Positions 1-10,147 of a stretch of 64,000 bases of DNA are shown one piece after another. The DNA comes from Candidatus Babeliales bacterium. Its GTDB lineage: Bacteria; Babelota; Babeliae; Babelales; JANWKD01. Within the stretch, counting starts at the first letter, position 1, and every line of letters starts with the position of its first letter. Below the pieces are notes generated by a model. It saw only the letters and a program-made list of their open reading frames with translations. It searched no databases and was not told where the DNA came from. The stretch covers positions 64,001 to 128,000 of the forward strand of contig CAVRJO010000002.1 in assembly GCA_963722255.1 (NCBI GenBank). Direction: 5' to 3'. The translations under genes were made by a program, and so were the position numbers.

Positions 1-3000
1 AGAACTTCATTATTAAAACCATCAAGTTGCATAACACTATTTGAGCCACGTGCTGCTTGCCCTGATGTGTCATTATTAGTATAGGTAAATGCTAAGTTTG
101 CCGAGGTGCCTAATTTATCAATGCTCCAGCCACGAACATCAGTACCATTATTAAGACCTGAAGTATCTGAAATAAGATTAATAGTTGCTTGATTTGTACG
201 ATTACCAGTTACTACATAATAATTAGCATCATTATTTGATGCTTGCGTAGCATTAAACGTTGGATTCGCATTTGGATTTAGATATACCGTTCCTTTATTA
301 CCGTAATAGTTAGGATTATAATTAAGTGTTGGTTCAGTTGGTTGTCCATTCAGTATTTCATAGACTGTATGCTCAACATCCGCACCAGTTCCAATTATTA
401 ATTCAGCCTTAGAATTAAATGCTGCAAAACTGACATTTGTTGGATTATTAATACTAATTTTTGATTCATCAACTACCCCACCAAAAAAGTTGAGCGTTGA
501 AGAACCATTTTGCTGAATATCGGTAACACAATTTGATAAAATAACGCCACTGGCACTCAAAACAGTAACGTTAGTATCACTTGGCAATCCACATTGAATA
601 CCAACTGCCGCTGCATCTACAGCGCAAGAATCAACCGCCATGAAAGCACCTGACATCACACTCAGTGCAGTACCTTGCGGTGTTCCTGTTGTACCTGTAC
701 AGTTAAAATTACAACCTTCCATAATAACAATACTATTTGCACCCGATCCAGTTACGTTTACAGAACTACTATTATTAAGAAGAAAATTACAGCCGACTAT
801 ATCAACATTACTACCACCATTACAAACAATGCCATTCGTTGTTGCTTCAATATCACTTCCTAAAACACGAACACTTGAACCACCATTCACTGTTATTGCG
901 GTATCAAATAAATCAAATAGAGTACTAAGGACTGCTACTTTTGTATTAGTACCCGTTATAACCAACCCTGTATTTGCAGGAACATTACCGCTTGTTGGTC
1001 CTTCAAAAAGTGAATTCTGAACCACCCCCTGAATATTATTGCCGAAAGAAATTAACGTAGTATTACCGTTTGCTTCTATCTTTTCAAAAAGAACCGTAAG
1101 CAATCCAGAGGAACCATTAGCAGTTATACATGTTTGAAATCCCGAGAAAGCAACTGAACTCATACTTACTGTACCAGAACTTGCTGATAACGCAATCCCC
1201 GTAGCCGTTGAACCTGGAAATGGTGTTACAAGCGTTAAATCATCAAATTCTACATTACCAGTTGTTATTTGAAATAAATTCGTTGATGAACTTAAAGGAA
1301 CAATGTTTGTTGCCGATAGTGAAGTTCCTATAATACTAATACCATCTGCAGTAATAGTAATTGGCCCGCCTGTATTATTTTCAAAGAAAAATCCAGCACC
1401 AACTAAAATAGCAACAGGATTAGCAAGACTTGCAACACCATTAGCAACACTTACTGCATGGCTTACCGTACGGAATGGTGCTGAAAATGAACCATCATTG
1501 CTATCACTTCCTGCAAGTGATACATAATAGGTTTCATTTACTGCAGGAGATCCTCCAACAGTCGCCCAGTGAGTAGCCGATGGTGATGTTGCTTGTAATA
1601 CTTGACCGGCTGTCGGTGCACTTGCTGGCAAATTAACGGTATAGCTTGCACCTACGGTTGCTGGTGCATCTAACCCAACATAATTACCACTACCCGTTCC
1701 ATCTTGAAAACGCACTTGCGATTGCAATGCCATATTTAGATTGCCCGTCATAGTATCACCAGCTTTGAGCACGTTTTGTGATGCAGAACCTGTTAAGGAT
1801 GCCGTAACAGTTCCAGCTGAAAAATTACCTAATCCATCTCGTAACACAATAGTGTTTGGCGTATCAGCACTTGTTGCTGTGGTAGCTGAATTTGCAACTT
1901 TGCCTGGCGTTGAAATAGTTGCTAATTTATTATCAGTAATTGCTGCACTTGCACTAATATCAGCATTAACAATGAGTGATGTTGTTAAATTTCCTGAGTT
2001 ATCATTATGAACAACTCCTGCCGGTGTTAAGCCGCCAACTTGCAAATTACCATCGGTTGTTAATACACCTGCCGATGAACGGTATAAATCCGTGTCGCCT
2101 GCCCATATTAATTTTGCAACGGTGTTCGTTGGTAGTGGCGCATTTGTTGCCATTGGAAACAACACTTCATTATTAAAACCATCAAGTTGCATAACACTAT
2201 TTGAGCCTCGTGCTGCTTGGCCTGAAGTGTCATTATTAGTATAGGTAAATGCTAAGTTTGCCGAGGTGCCTAATTTATCAATTGCCCATCCACGAATATC
2301 ATTACCGCTACCAACAGTTCCACTCGTATCGGATAATAAATTAATACTTGCATCTTTAGTACGATCACCGGTAATAACATAATAATTAGCTTTGTTACTT
2401 TGTGCTTGAACACCATTAAATGTTGAGTCTGCATTTGGATTTATATATACCGTTCCTTTATTACCATAATAATTTGATTCATAATTAAGAGAAGGCAATG
2501 TTGCTTGACCATTCAAAACTTGAATCAATAATTGATTCACATCACTATCATTACCAATAGTTAACGCATCATCAGCATTATTATCAAATGCCGCAAAACT
2601 CACATTAACAGGATTGGCAATACTTAATTTATTACCATCAAATACACCACCAACAAATCGCAAGGTAGAACTTCCTTGCTGTAGAATATCAGTTGTACAG
2701 CCATTAAAACTCGTAGAATTAGCTCGGACCACCGTAGAATTAGTGTCACCCAAAATACCAGATTGAATCCCTATGGCTGCATTTTCAATACTACAGGCAA
2801 CAGAAAGTACCGTAGCTCCTCCTGTCGAATACAACGCAGTACCCTGAGGATTGCCATCTGTGCCAGTACAATGAAACTGACAACCGTCAATAGTAACTTC
2901 GCTACTTGCACCGGATGCAACAATATTTGTTGAATTAGCATTATTAGTAAAAAAATTACAACCAATAACGCCAATACTACTGCCACCTTCGCAAACAATA

Positions 3001-4050
3001 CCCGTTGTTGTTGTTTCAATATCAGTCGATAAGACGCGCAACCCTGCACCACCGGTTACTAATATTGCAGCAATATCAAATAATTTAAATGCATTACCAA
3101 ACATAGCAACTTGGGCATTAGTGCCGGTTATCATTATACCGGTATTTGCTGCAGGAGCGACTACAAAGGGTCCTTGAAATTCTGAAGTATTTATCACTGC
3201 CTGTATATTGTTAATTGAAATATTTGTGCCATTTCCACCGCATTGAACATTTTCAAATAATATCGTAGGCCCCCCTGTAGCACTGCTTATTGCAAAACCT
3301 GTTTGAAATTGACCCACTGCTACTGATTCAAATCGTCCCGTACCTGTTGGTCCTGCTACAAGTGTAACAGCATTTGCTGTTGACCCGGGTGCAGGTGTTA
3401 CTAATGATAAATTTTTAATTTCTACATTTGCCGTTGCTATATGAAACAAATCAATTGCGGAACTAAATGGTAATACATTTGTTGCTGATATTGAACTCCC
3501 TACAATGCTTATGCCATCAGATGTAATAAGTAGTGGTCCACCGGTATTATTTTCAGCAAAAAAGCCAGCACCCACATTAATTACAACAGGATTTGCAAGG
3601 CTTGCAACACCATTTGCTACCGTTACAGCATGACTTATTGTAAGGAATGGCGATCCAAATGAACCGTCATTACTATCACTACCGCTTAGTGATACATAAT
3701 AAGCTTTTGCCGTTGTTGGTGAACCTCCAATAGTTGTCCATTCCGTGGCTGACGGCGATGTTGCTTGTAGCACTTGACCTGCGGTAGGTGCACTTGCCGG
3801 AAGATTAACCGTATAACTTGAGCCAACCGTTGCTGGTGCATTTAAGCCAACATAATTGCCGCTGCCGGTGCCATCTTGTAACTGCACTTGCGATTGTAAA
3901 GCCATAGCCAAATTGCCGGTCATAGTATCACCTGATTTCAGAACGTTCTGAGAAGCAGCACCGGTTAAATTTGCCGTTATAGTCGTTGCAGAAAAGTTAC
4001 CTAAACCATCACGTGCAACAATTGTATTTGGCGTATCAGCATCCGTTGCA
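1..4050. repeat. Large intragenic duplication, period about 2160-2170 bp (about 720 aa)
   Basis: 4-122 matches 2164-2282 with 3 mismatches; 1741 onward matches 3913 onward; the beta-helix cap recurs at about 1520 and 3690. Confidence 0.9.
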
Positions 4051-7000
4051 TCAGTCGCAATATTCACATCATTTGCATTATTAGTAACAACAACATGCAA
4101 ACCGGTAGAAATAGTTTTAAAATCTAAGGTTATTCCCGTTTTGCCTTGGAAAATTTGACCAACACCAGTGCCAACATTTGCTCCCGTTGTTTGATTGGGT
4201 AATGAAAATTCTACAAATTCCACAGGATTTGTATCGATAATCGCAGTTGATGTGGTACATATCCAACTTGAACCGGCATTTAGAGTTCCCTCAAGAATAA
4301 GGACATATGCTGATCCGGCTTCAGACCCTGTTGCAAAATCAGTTGGACGCGTCCAAGCACCGGCATGGGCTACCCATAATCCATTCTGAACTCCTGGTGG
4401 TAGCACGGTAACTTGAGCTATCAAAAGTACACGATCGCCATCAACAAGAGTCACACCATCAATGGTTTGCAATCCGCTTATAGGAACTTCGCTCGTACTT
4501 ACCACAATAGCCGGAGTTTTCGGATTAAGACCTAATGAGGCAACTGAGTCAACATACGCTTTAGTTGCAGCATCATTAGGATTTACTATCGTTCCATCAA
4601 TAGTAATCTTGTTTGTAGCAAAATTACCTGAACCATCACGCAAAACAAGGGTATTTGGCATATCATTATTTGTTGCTGCAGCAACTGCAACAGCGGCAGC
4701 AGCTATACTTGCCGCGCTTTGACCTCCAACAGTACTTACCACTGTTGCGCCTTGTGTTCCGGTGACGTCTCCGGCTAATGAACCGGTAAAATTTGTCGCA
4801 GTCGTCGCACTCGTTGCCGTTGTTGCATTACCGCTCAAATTACCGGTAACATTTCCCGTTACATTGCCGGTAACATTACCAGTTAGATTTGCCGTTATTG
4901 TTCCGGCACTAAAATTACCAGCTCCATCCCTTTTTACAATAGTACCTGCAGTATTGCTACTTGTTGCTGCATTTGCTGCCGTCGTTGCAGCAGCGACATT
5001 TGCTGCTGTTTGACCACCAACCATAGAGACAACCGTTGAACTTTGATTGCCCGTAACATCACCACTTAACGATCCACTAAAATTTACCGCTGTTGTTGCA
5101 TTTGTTGCTGTTGTCGCATTACCGCTCAAATTACCCGTAACGTTACCCGTTAGATTTGCCGTTATTGTTCCGGCACTAAAATTGCCTAATCCATCTCTTT
5201 TTACAATTGTATTTGGCGTATCACTACTTGTTGCTGCATTTGCTGCTACGGCACCGGAAGCAACATTTGCGGCGCTTTGACCGCCTACGCTCGCTACAAC
5301 CGTTGCTCCTTGTGTTCCGGTAACATCTCCCGCTAATGAGCCGGTAAAATTTGTAGTTGATACTGCTGTCGTTGCCGATGTAGCATTACCTGATAAGTTT
5401 GCCGTAATCGTTCCAGCTGCAAAATTTCCCAACGCATCACGTTCTACTATCGTGTTTGGCGTATCTAAACTAGTTGCTGCATTTGCGGCCACAACACCTG
5501 AAGCAACATTTGCAGCAGTTTGACCACCTACGCTCGCTACAACCGTAGCACCTTGCGTTCCGGTAACATCGCCCGCCAATGAACCGGTAAAATTGGTCGC
5601 TGAACCGGCCGTTGTTGCACTTGTCGCTGTTGTAGCATTACCACTCAAATTACCCGTAACATTTGCCGTTATTGTTCCGGCACTAAAATTACCTAATCCA
5701 TCTCTTTTTACAATTGTACCTGCAGTATCACTACTTGTCGCTGCATTTGCTGCCGTCGTTGCAGCAGCGACATTTGCTGCCGTTTGACCACCAACGGTGC
5801 TAACAACCGTCGAACTTTGATTGCCCGTAACATCACCCGATAACGATCCGGTAAAATTGGTCGCTGAACCGGCTGTCGTTGCGCTGGTTGCATTACCAGT
5901 TAAATTACCCGTAACGTTACCCGTTAGACTTGCCGTTATTGTTCCGGCACTAAAATTACCTAATCCATCTCGTTTTACAATTGTATTTGGCGTATCAGTA
6001 TTGGTCGCCGCATTTGCTGCTACGGCACCGGAAGCAACATTGGCAGCAGTTTGACCGCCTACACTCGTTACAACCGTTGCTCCTTGTGTTCCGGTAACAT
6101 CTCCCGCTAATGATCCCGTAAAATTTGTAGTTGATACTGCTGTTGTTGCTGATGTAGCATTACCCGATAAGTTTGCCGTTATCGTTGTTGCACTAAAGTT
6201 TCCTAACGCATCGCGTTTTACTATAGTGTTAGCAGTATCAAGATTGGTTGCGGCATTTGCGGCCACAACACCGGAAGCAACATTTGCAGCTGTTTGACCG
6301 CCTACGCTCGCTACAACCGTAGCACCTTGCGTTCCGGTAACATCGCCCGCTAACGAACCGGTAAAATTGGTCGCTGAACCAGCCGTTGTTGCACTTGTCG
6401 CTGTTGTAGCATTACCACTCAAATTACCCGTAACATTTGCCGTTATTGTTCCGGCACTAAAATTACCTAATCCATCTCTTTTTACAATTGTACCTGCAGT
6501 ATCATTACTTGTCGCTGCATTTGCTGCCGTCGTTGCAGCAGCGACATTTGCTGCTGTTTGACCACCAACAGTGCTAACAACCGTCGAACTTTGATTGCCC
6601 GTAACATCACCCGATAATGGTCCTGTAAAATTGGTCGTTGAACCGGCTGTCGTTGCGCTGGTTGCATTACCAGTTAAATTACCCGTAACGTTACCCGTTA
6701 GATTTGCCGTTATTGTTCCGGCACTAAAATTACCTAATCCATCTCTTTTTACAATTGTATTTGGCGTATCAGTATTGGTCGCCGCATTTGCTGCTACGGC
6801 ACCGGAAGCAACATTGGCTGCCGATTGACCACCAACGGTGGCCACAACTGTTGCTCCTTGTGTTCCGATAACATCACCTACTAAGGGGCCGGTAAAATTT
6901 ATAGCTGAGGTTACATTCCCATTTATTGTAGTAGCATTTATAGTATTTGCGTTTAAAATATTTACGCCACTTATATTATTACTACTATCCAATGTGACAT

Positions 7001-7541
7001 TAGATTGCTTAATATTATCAACACCATGGGGTAAATCTGTTGTTACAAGTGCATTATTGGTAACAAATGGAAGAGCTGTAGAAACATTGCCCCCTCCTCC
7101 CGGCGTTGCATAGACTAAATTGCCTGCACCATCACTCCCTAAAAAAGTACCTGCAGCTCCTACATTTGAAGGCCAGCTCACGGTATGAGCATTTTTTGTA
7201 ATGCCATTAAGTTCAATATTATTTACATTTAAAAGATTGTTTGGATCAATAAGTATTCCGGAATTTGCTAGTCGTTTTCCGGTTGTGTCAGCAAATATTG
7301 CTATTGCATTTGTAGTTGACGAAGAAGGCCCCGTAACATCGCCTGTTGATCCTAAAACCTGAGCTACAATATTTGCAATCTGAGCATTAGTTGAAAAATC
7401 AAAAGAGCCTACTACACCATTATTTTGGGCATCAGGACGCGGAGCACGTGAATCATTTTCAATTGCTGATGACTCAGCATAGGCGTTGAGAAAAAATAGT
7501 TTCACAAACAAAAGATACAATATTTTTTTGTATATCTTCAT
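1..7541 (-). CDS. Giant secreted phage-tail-fibre-like adhesin with repeated right-handed beta-helix domains (>2500 aa; runs off the window start)
   Basis: ATG at 7541 (GTG at 7544) after GAGGAG RBS; signal peptide MKIYKKILYLLFVKLFFLNAYA. Sampled segments read in this frame, including ...MQLDGFNNEV at position 1. Contains G/T/A/N-rich 'SGDVTG..STVV..VGGQTAANVA..TIVKRDG.GNFSAGTITANL' repeats, a tail-fibre motif 'SGLQTIDGVTLVDGDRVLL..QNGLWVAHAGAWTRPTDF' and two 'YYVSL.GSDSNDGSF..PF.T' beta-helix caps. Absent from the ORF track, probably because it has no stop in the window. Confidence 0.88.
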   Translation of the reverse strand, partial: MKIYKKILYLLFVKLFFLNAYAESSAIENDSRAPRPDAQNNGVVGSFDFSTNAQIANIVAQVLGSTGDVTGPSSSTTNAIAIFADTTGKRLANSGILIDPNNLLNVNNIELNGITKNAHTVSWPSNVGAAGTFLGSDGAGNLVYATPGGGGNVSTALPFVTNNALVTTDLPHGVDNIKQSNVTLDSSNNISGVNILNANTINATTINGNVTSAINFTGPLVGDVIGTQGATVVATVGGQSAANVASGAVAANAATNTDTPNTIVKRDGLGNFSAGTITANLTGNVTGNLTGNATSATTAGSTTNFTGPLSGDVTGNQSSTVVSTVGGQTAANVAAATTAANAATSNDTAGTIVKRDGLGNFSAGTITANVTGNLSGNATTATSATTAGSATNFTGSLAGDVTGTQGATVVASVGGQTAANVASGVVAANAATNLDTANTIVKRDALGNFSATTITANLSGNATSATTAVSTTNFTGSLAGDVTGTQGATVVTSVGGQTAANVASGAVAANAATNTDTPNTIVKRDGLGNFSAGTITASLTGNVTGNLTGNATSATTAGSATNFTGSLSGDVTGNQSSTVVSTVGGQTAANVAAATTAANAATSSDTAGTIVKRDGLGNFSAGTITANVTGNLSGNATTATSATTAGSATNFTGSLAGDVTGTQGATVVASVGGQTAANVASGVVAANAATSLDTPNTIVERDALGNFAAGTITANLSGNATSATTAVSTTNFTGSLAGDVTGTQGATVVASVGGQSAANVASGAVAANAATSSDTPNTIVKRDGLGNFSAGTITANLTGNVTGNLSGNATTATNATTAVNFSGSLSGDVTGNQSSTVVSMVGGQTAANVAAATTAANAATSSNTAGTIVKRDGAGNFSAGTITANLTGNVTGNVTGNVTGNLSGNATTATSATTATNFTGSLAGDVTGTQGATVVSTVGGQSAASIAAAAVAVAAATNNDMPNTLVLRDGSGNFATNKITIDGTIVNPNDAATKAYVDSVASLGLNPKTPAIVVSTSEVPISGLQTIDGVTLVDGDRVLLIAQVTVLPPGVQNGLWVAHAGAWTRPTDFATGSEAGSAYVLILEGTLNAGSSWICTTSTAIIDTNPVEFVEFSLPNQTTGANVGTGVGQIFQGKTGITLDFKTISTGLHVVVTNNANDVNIATDATDADTPNTIVARDGLGNFSATTITANLTGAASQNVLKSGDTMTGNLAMALQSQVQLQDGTGSGNYVGLNAPATVGSSYTVNLPASAPTAGQVLQATSPSATEWTTIGGSPTTAKAYYVSLSGSDSNDGSFGSPFLTISHAVTVANGVASLANPVVINVGAGFFAENNTGGPLLITSDGISIVGSSISATNVLPFSSAIDLFHIATANVEIKNLSLVTPAPGSTANAVTLVAGPTGTGRFESVAVGQFQTGFAISSATGGPTILFENVQCGGNGTNISINNIQAVINTSEFQGPFVVAPAANTGIMITGTNAQVAMFGNAFKLFDIAAILVTGGAGLRVLSTDIETTTTGIVCEGGSSIGVIGCNFFTNNANSTNIVASGASSEVTIDGCQFHCTGTDGNPQGTALYSTGGATVLSVACSIENAAIGIQSGILGDTNSTVVRANSTSFNGCTTDILQQGSSTLRFVGGVFDGNKLSIANPVNVSFAAFDNNADDALTIGNDSDVNQLLIQVLNGQATLPSLNYESNYYGNKGTVYINPNADSTFNGVQAQSNKANYYVITGDRTKDASINLLSDTSGTVGSGNDIRGWAIDKLGTSANLAFTYTNNDTSGQAARGSNSVMQLDGFNNEVLFPMATNAPLPTNTVAKLIWAGDTDLYRSSAGVLTTDGNLQVGGLTPAGVVHNDNSGNLTTSLIVNADISASAAITDNKLATISTPGKVANSATTATSADTPNTIVLRDGLGNFSAGTVTASLTGSASQNVLKAGDTMTGNLNMALQSQVRFQDGTGSGNYVGLDAPATVGASYTVNLPASAPTAGQVLQATSPSATHWATVGGSPAVNETYYVSLAGSDSNDGSFSAPFRTVSHAVSVANGVASLANPVAILVGAGFFFENNTGGPITITADGISIIGTSLSATNIVPLSSSTNLFQITTGNVEFDDLTLVTPFPGSTATGIALSASSGTVSMSSVAFSGFQTCITANGSSGLLTVLFEKIEANGNTTLISFGNNIQGVVQNSLFEGPTSGNVPANTGLVITGTNTKVAVLSTLFDLFDTAITVNGGSSVRVLGSDIEATTNGIVCNGGSNVDIVGCNFLLNNSSSVNVTGSGANSIVIMEGCNFNCTGTTGTPQGTALSVMSGAFMAVDSCAVDAAAVGIQCGLPSDTNVTVLSASGVILSNCVTDIQQNGSSTLNFFGGVVDESKISINNPTNVSFAAFNSKAELIIGTGADVEHTVYEILNGQPTEPTLNYNPNYYGNKGTVYLNPNANPTFNATQASNNDANYYVVTGNRTNQATINLISDTSGLNNGTDVRGWSIDKLGTSANLAFTYTNNDTSGQAARGSNSVMQLDGFNNEV
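4600..6900. repeat. Nine tandem 81-97-aa fibre repeats arranged as a 774-bp higher-order unit
   Basis: Anchor TGACC (GGQ on the - strand) at 4720, 5011, 5278, 5521, 5785, 6052, 6295, 6559, 6826; spacings 291,267,243,264,267,243,264,267. Confidence 0.95.
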
Positions 7542-7686
7542 CACCTATAACTCCTCGTAATAACTTTAATAATTTTGCAGTAATCTTAATCGTTTATACT
7601 AGGATTGTTATAAGAAAATCTATAGTTACAAAAAATAAATCAGAAAAAGCTTTTAAAGAAACAAAGAAAATCATTAATTATACATG

Positions 7687-8835
7687 TTAATACTCAACAT
7701 CATCTCTTCTATTTTGGTCAGAAGGCAAAAGCCATTGTGGGTTATTAGATAGGATAATTCCTGTACCAAAAAAAGTAACAAAAACGCTTGTCCCCATACC
7801 AGCCACAAAATAAAACTCAGTGGTGCAAAACTGACTTAATAAATATATTTCTCCAATAAACAGCGATAATCCCATATATATCCAGATTTTAAAGAAATAA
7901 TCTCTGAGTTCCTGTGTTGCATGAATCTTATCTGTAGCACTCTCTAATGACAAAGGGAATGCCCTGTCTAATGTTTTTTTAGCTTCATTCGTTAACATAT
8001 TGCTCTTTAGCTTCAACTTTGCTCGATCTAAAGCAATAAATTTTGATATCTGTTTTATTTTGTTATTCTCAAGATCCAAAAAAAAGTATTCTGGCAATAG
8101 ATCGACCATAGTTATTTTTTTTATTCTATTATTACCTACTTTCAAAATTCTTAGTTTGCTAAAAGAGGCAATTATTTTTTTTATATTAATTCTTTTTAAA
8201 AAGTTATTATTTAATTTGATCTTCACTATGTGTTCATTATAAAGCGACTCTGAGAGTGCTTTAACTCCTTTAAGTGTATCAAGTTCTTTGCGAGCTAAGT
8301 TAAGACACAATTGATCATCTTCATCATCACCAATTTTTTTTAAATACACTATTTTTTTTTCCGGCAAAAAATAATTATCATCAATTAAGCTTTGAATAGA
8401 GTTAAAATATGCTCCATTTTTAACAAACTCATGTTGATTACTTTTCGGAATTTTTTTTCGTACAAGCAATGTTAATAATCGTAAAAGAGGTCGTGGAGCC
8501 TCAATATAAAATGCGGCTTCAAAAACATCTTGGACATCGACTAAAGTATCATTACATCGAGAGTTATCTTCAATGCACTGGAATACTTTGTTTAAAACAG
8601 ACGCATGCAAAAAACTATTTTCTCCTTTGAAACTTACATCATATACTTTTTCTTCTTGACCTTGAGCATCAGATAACACATTACAAAATAAACCGCATTG
8701 CGAGGCGACAGATTTAGGTGTTGCAAATAAATTACCCACGTTATCCTGAATTATCACAGAGGATCGTGTAATTTCTTCCATAGAAATAATAAAGCTTGGA
8801 ACTGATAGCAACAGGATCAATAAACCATATTTCAT
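7687..8835 (-). CDS. Secreted protein with Skp1/BTB-like domain, leucine-rich repeats and C-terminal membrane helices
   Basis: Signal peptide; 'VIIQDNVGNLF..PKSVASQCGLFCNVL...VLNKVFQ...VFEAAFYIE' resembles Skp1; LRRs (IKLNNNFLKRI, LKVGNNRIKKI, LDLENNKIKQI); two hydrophobic C-terminal segments. Confidence 0.7.
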   Translation of the reverse strand: MKYGLLILLLSVPSFIISMEEITRSSVIIQDNVGNLFATPKSVASQCGLFCNVLSDAQGQEEKVYDVSFKGENSFLHASVLNKVFQCIEDNSRCNDTLVDVQDVFEAAFYIEAPRPLLRLLTLLVRKKIPKSNQHEFVKNGAYFNSIQSLIDDNYFLPEKKIVYLKKIGDDEDDQLCLNLARKELDTLKGVKALSESLYNEHIVKIKLNNNFLKRINIKKIIASFSKLRILKVGNNRIKKITMVDLLPEYFFLDLENNKIKQISKFIALDRAKLKLKSNMLTNEAKKTLDRAFPLSLESATDKIHATQELRDYFFKIWIYMGLSLFIGEIYLLSQFCTTEFYFVAGMGTSVFVTFFGTGIILSNNPQWLLPSDQNRRDDVEY

Positions 8836-8860
8836 AAAAATGACCTTTACAAAATAAAAA

Positions 8861-9646
8861 TCAAAATTTGAAATTCCCTTTATACGTTACATCAGAATAG
8901 TCGCAGTAATATTTTTTAACTATTAGATAGGTAGTTATAGACAAAAAACAAAAAGCTAATGCTCCGCGTCCAATTATTACGTTATCAACATATCCATCTA
9001 GCCCATGCGTTACATAAAGAAGAAACGCTCCAAATGCAAAAAATGTACGTACTTGCTTTATATCATCAAAAATATGTAATGTTTGATCCAACTTACCAAA
9101 ACGTTCCAACCAAGGACGACTAAAAGAGAGTTTGATGTTTTTTTTAGATTTATCAGTCAGCTCAAAATTTCCTTCAAAGTTGCACGAAGCACCTTCATCA
9201 ACAATAAAAGTTGTGATATCTCTAATCTGATTTTGCATCAACTCAAGATTAAATTTATTTGGTAATGTATCTATAATAACTTTTTCAACTCCACTAGCAT
9301 TAACCTTCAACTCCTGTAAATAGGGAAATAAATCAAGAAATTTTGTCAGATTAATTTTCTTCAAATTATTATTGCTCAAATCAATGCTATTAATTATGTA
9401 TTCACATTTTTTTTTAAGCAAAGATAATTCTTTTAAGCTGCTAATATCACAATCAACTAGATTCAAACAATTAAATCTTTGACCATGCTCGCGTTCAATG
9501 GTTGTAAGATGGCTATCTTCTGAAAAACTGGAAAAAAATGTCCCAATACTTTTAGATGCTTCTGTAAGCTTTTCTTTTTCCATGTTAAATAATATTGAGC
9601 TGCTCGATAAAAAGATGAATAAAGCCAAAGCCACGCTATTTTTCAT
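8861..9646 (-). CDS. Secreted LRR protein with C-terminal membrane helices (paralog of 7687-8835)
   Basis: Signal peptide; IDLSNNNLKKI, LELMQNQIRDI; two C-terminal hydrophobic segments. Confidence 0.75.
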   Translation of the reverse strand: MKNSVALALFIFLSSSSILFNMEKEKLTEASKSIGTFFSSFSEDSHLTTIEREHGQRFNCLNLVDCDISSLKELSLLKKKCEYIINSIDLSNNNLKKINLTKFLDLFPYLQELKVNASGVEKVIIDTLPNKFNLELMQNQIRDITTFIVDEGASCNFEGNFELTDKSKKNIKLSFSRPWLERFGKLDQTLHIFDDIKQVRTFFAFGAFLLYVTHGLDGYVDNVIIGRGALAFCFLSITTYLIVKKYYCDYSDVTYKGNFKF

Positions 9647-9707
9647 ACAGATGCTTTCATAGTTTTTATTGTATATTTATAGAAAGCAGTATTGCATATT
9701 ATTGCAC

Positions 9708-9737
9708 AAAAAAGAAGGCGCTCAATGCGCCTTCTTT
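9708..9737. terminator. Rho-independent terminator
   Basis: AAAGAAGGCGC-tcaat-GCGCCTTCTTT with A-tract, downstream of 9772-10014(-). Confidence 0.75.
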
Positions 9738-9771
9738 ATAATAAATATCTCAATAAGTGCGTGCAGAACTC

Positions 9772-10014
9772 TTATTTGCAAGATTCTGAAGAGCAACGAC
9801 AATGGCTCTTCATACACCACATGCAAAGCATTACAAGGCTTATAACACCCGCTATACCAAAAATATAGCCAAGCACTTGTGAATACTCATGAAGTTTTAA
9901 TACATCGAGCGCATTATACCCAACAGCCATTAATCCTTGATGAATAGCCGCTAATGAAGAAAGAAAAAGTGCAACCTTTGCAATCATTTTCATTACTGGT
10001 GAACAACAGTCCAT
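9772..10014 (-). CDS. Small membrane protein, DUF378-like
   Basis: Two hydrophobic helices, 'LAAIHQGLMAVGYN' and 'YIFGIAGV'; AAGGAG RBS. Confidence 0.65.
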   Translation of the reverse strand: MDCCSPVMKMIAKVALFLSSLAAIHQGLMAVGYNALDVLKLHEYSQVLGYIFGIAGVISLVMLCMWCMKSHCRCSSESCK

Positions 10015-10147
10015 AGAAACTCCTTTTTTTAGACATAAAAAACAATACTACCATTAAAAGTTTGCCATAAAAATTTTAAAGAGTGCAATACTTTATACAA
10101 GGTATTTATACAAACTCATATAAATTCTTCATAAGTTTTGTTTACTC

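Noticed and set aside
4600..6900. Possible CRISPR array or DGR template/variable repeats
   Set aside because: Repeats are long, in-frame coding units with no unique spacers; no cas or reverse transcriptase gene in the window.
640..7113. Many + strand ORFs (640-1020, 4462-4722, 5047-5280, 5593-5787 and others) and short - strand ORFs
   Set aside because: Antisense or off-frame shadows of the giant - strand fibre gene; they repeat only because it does.
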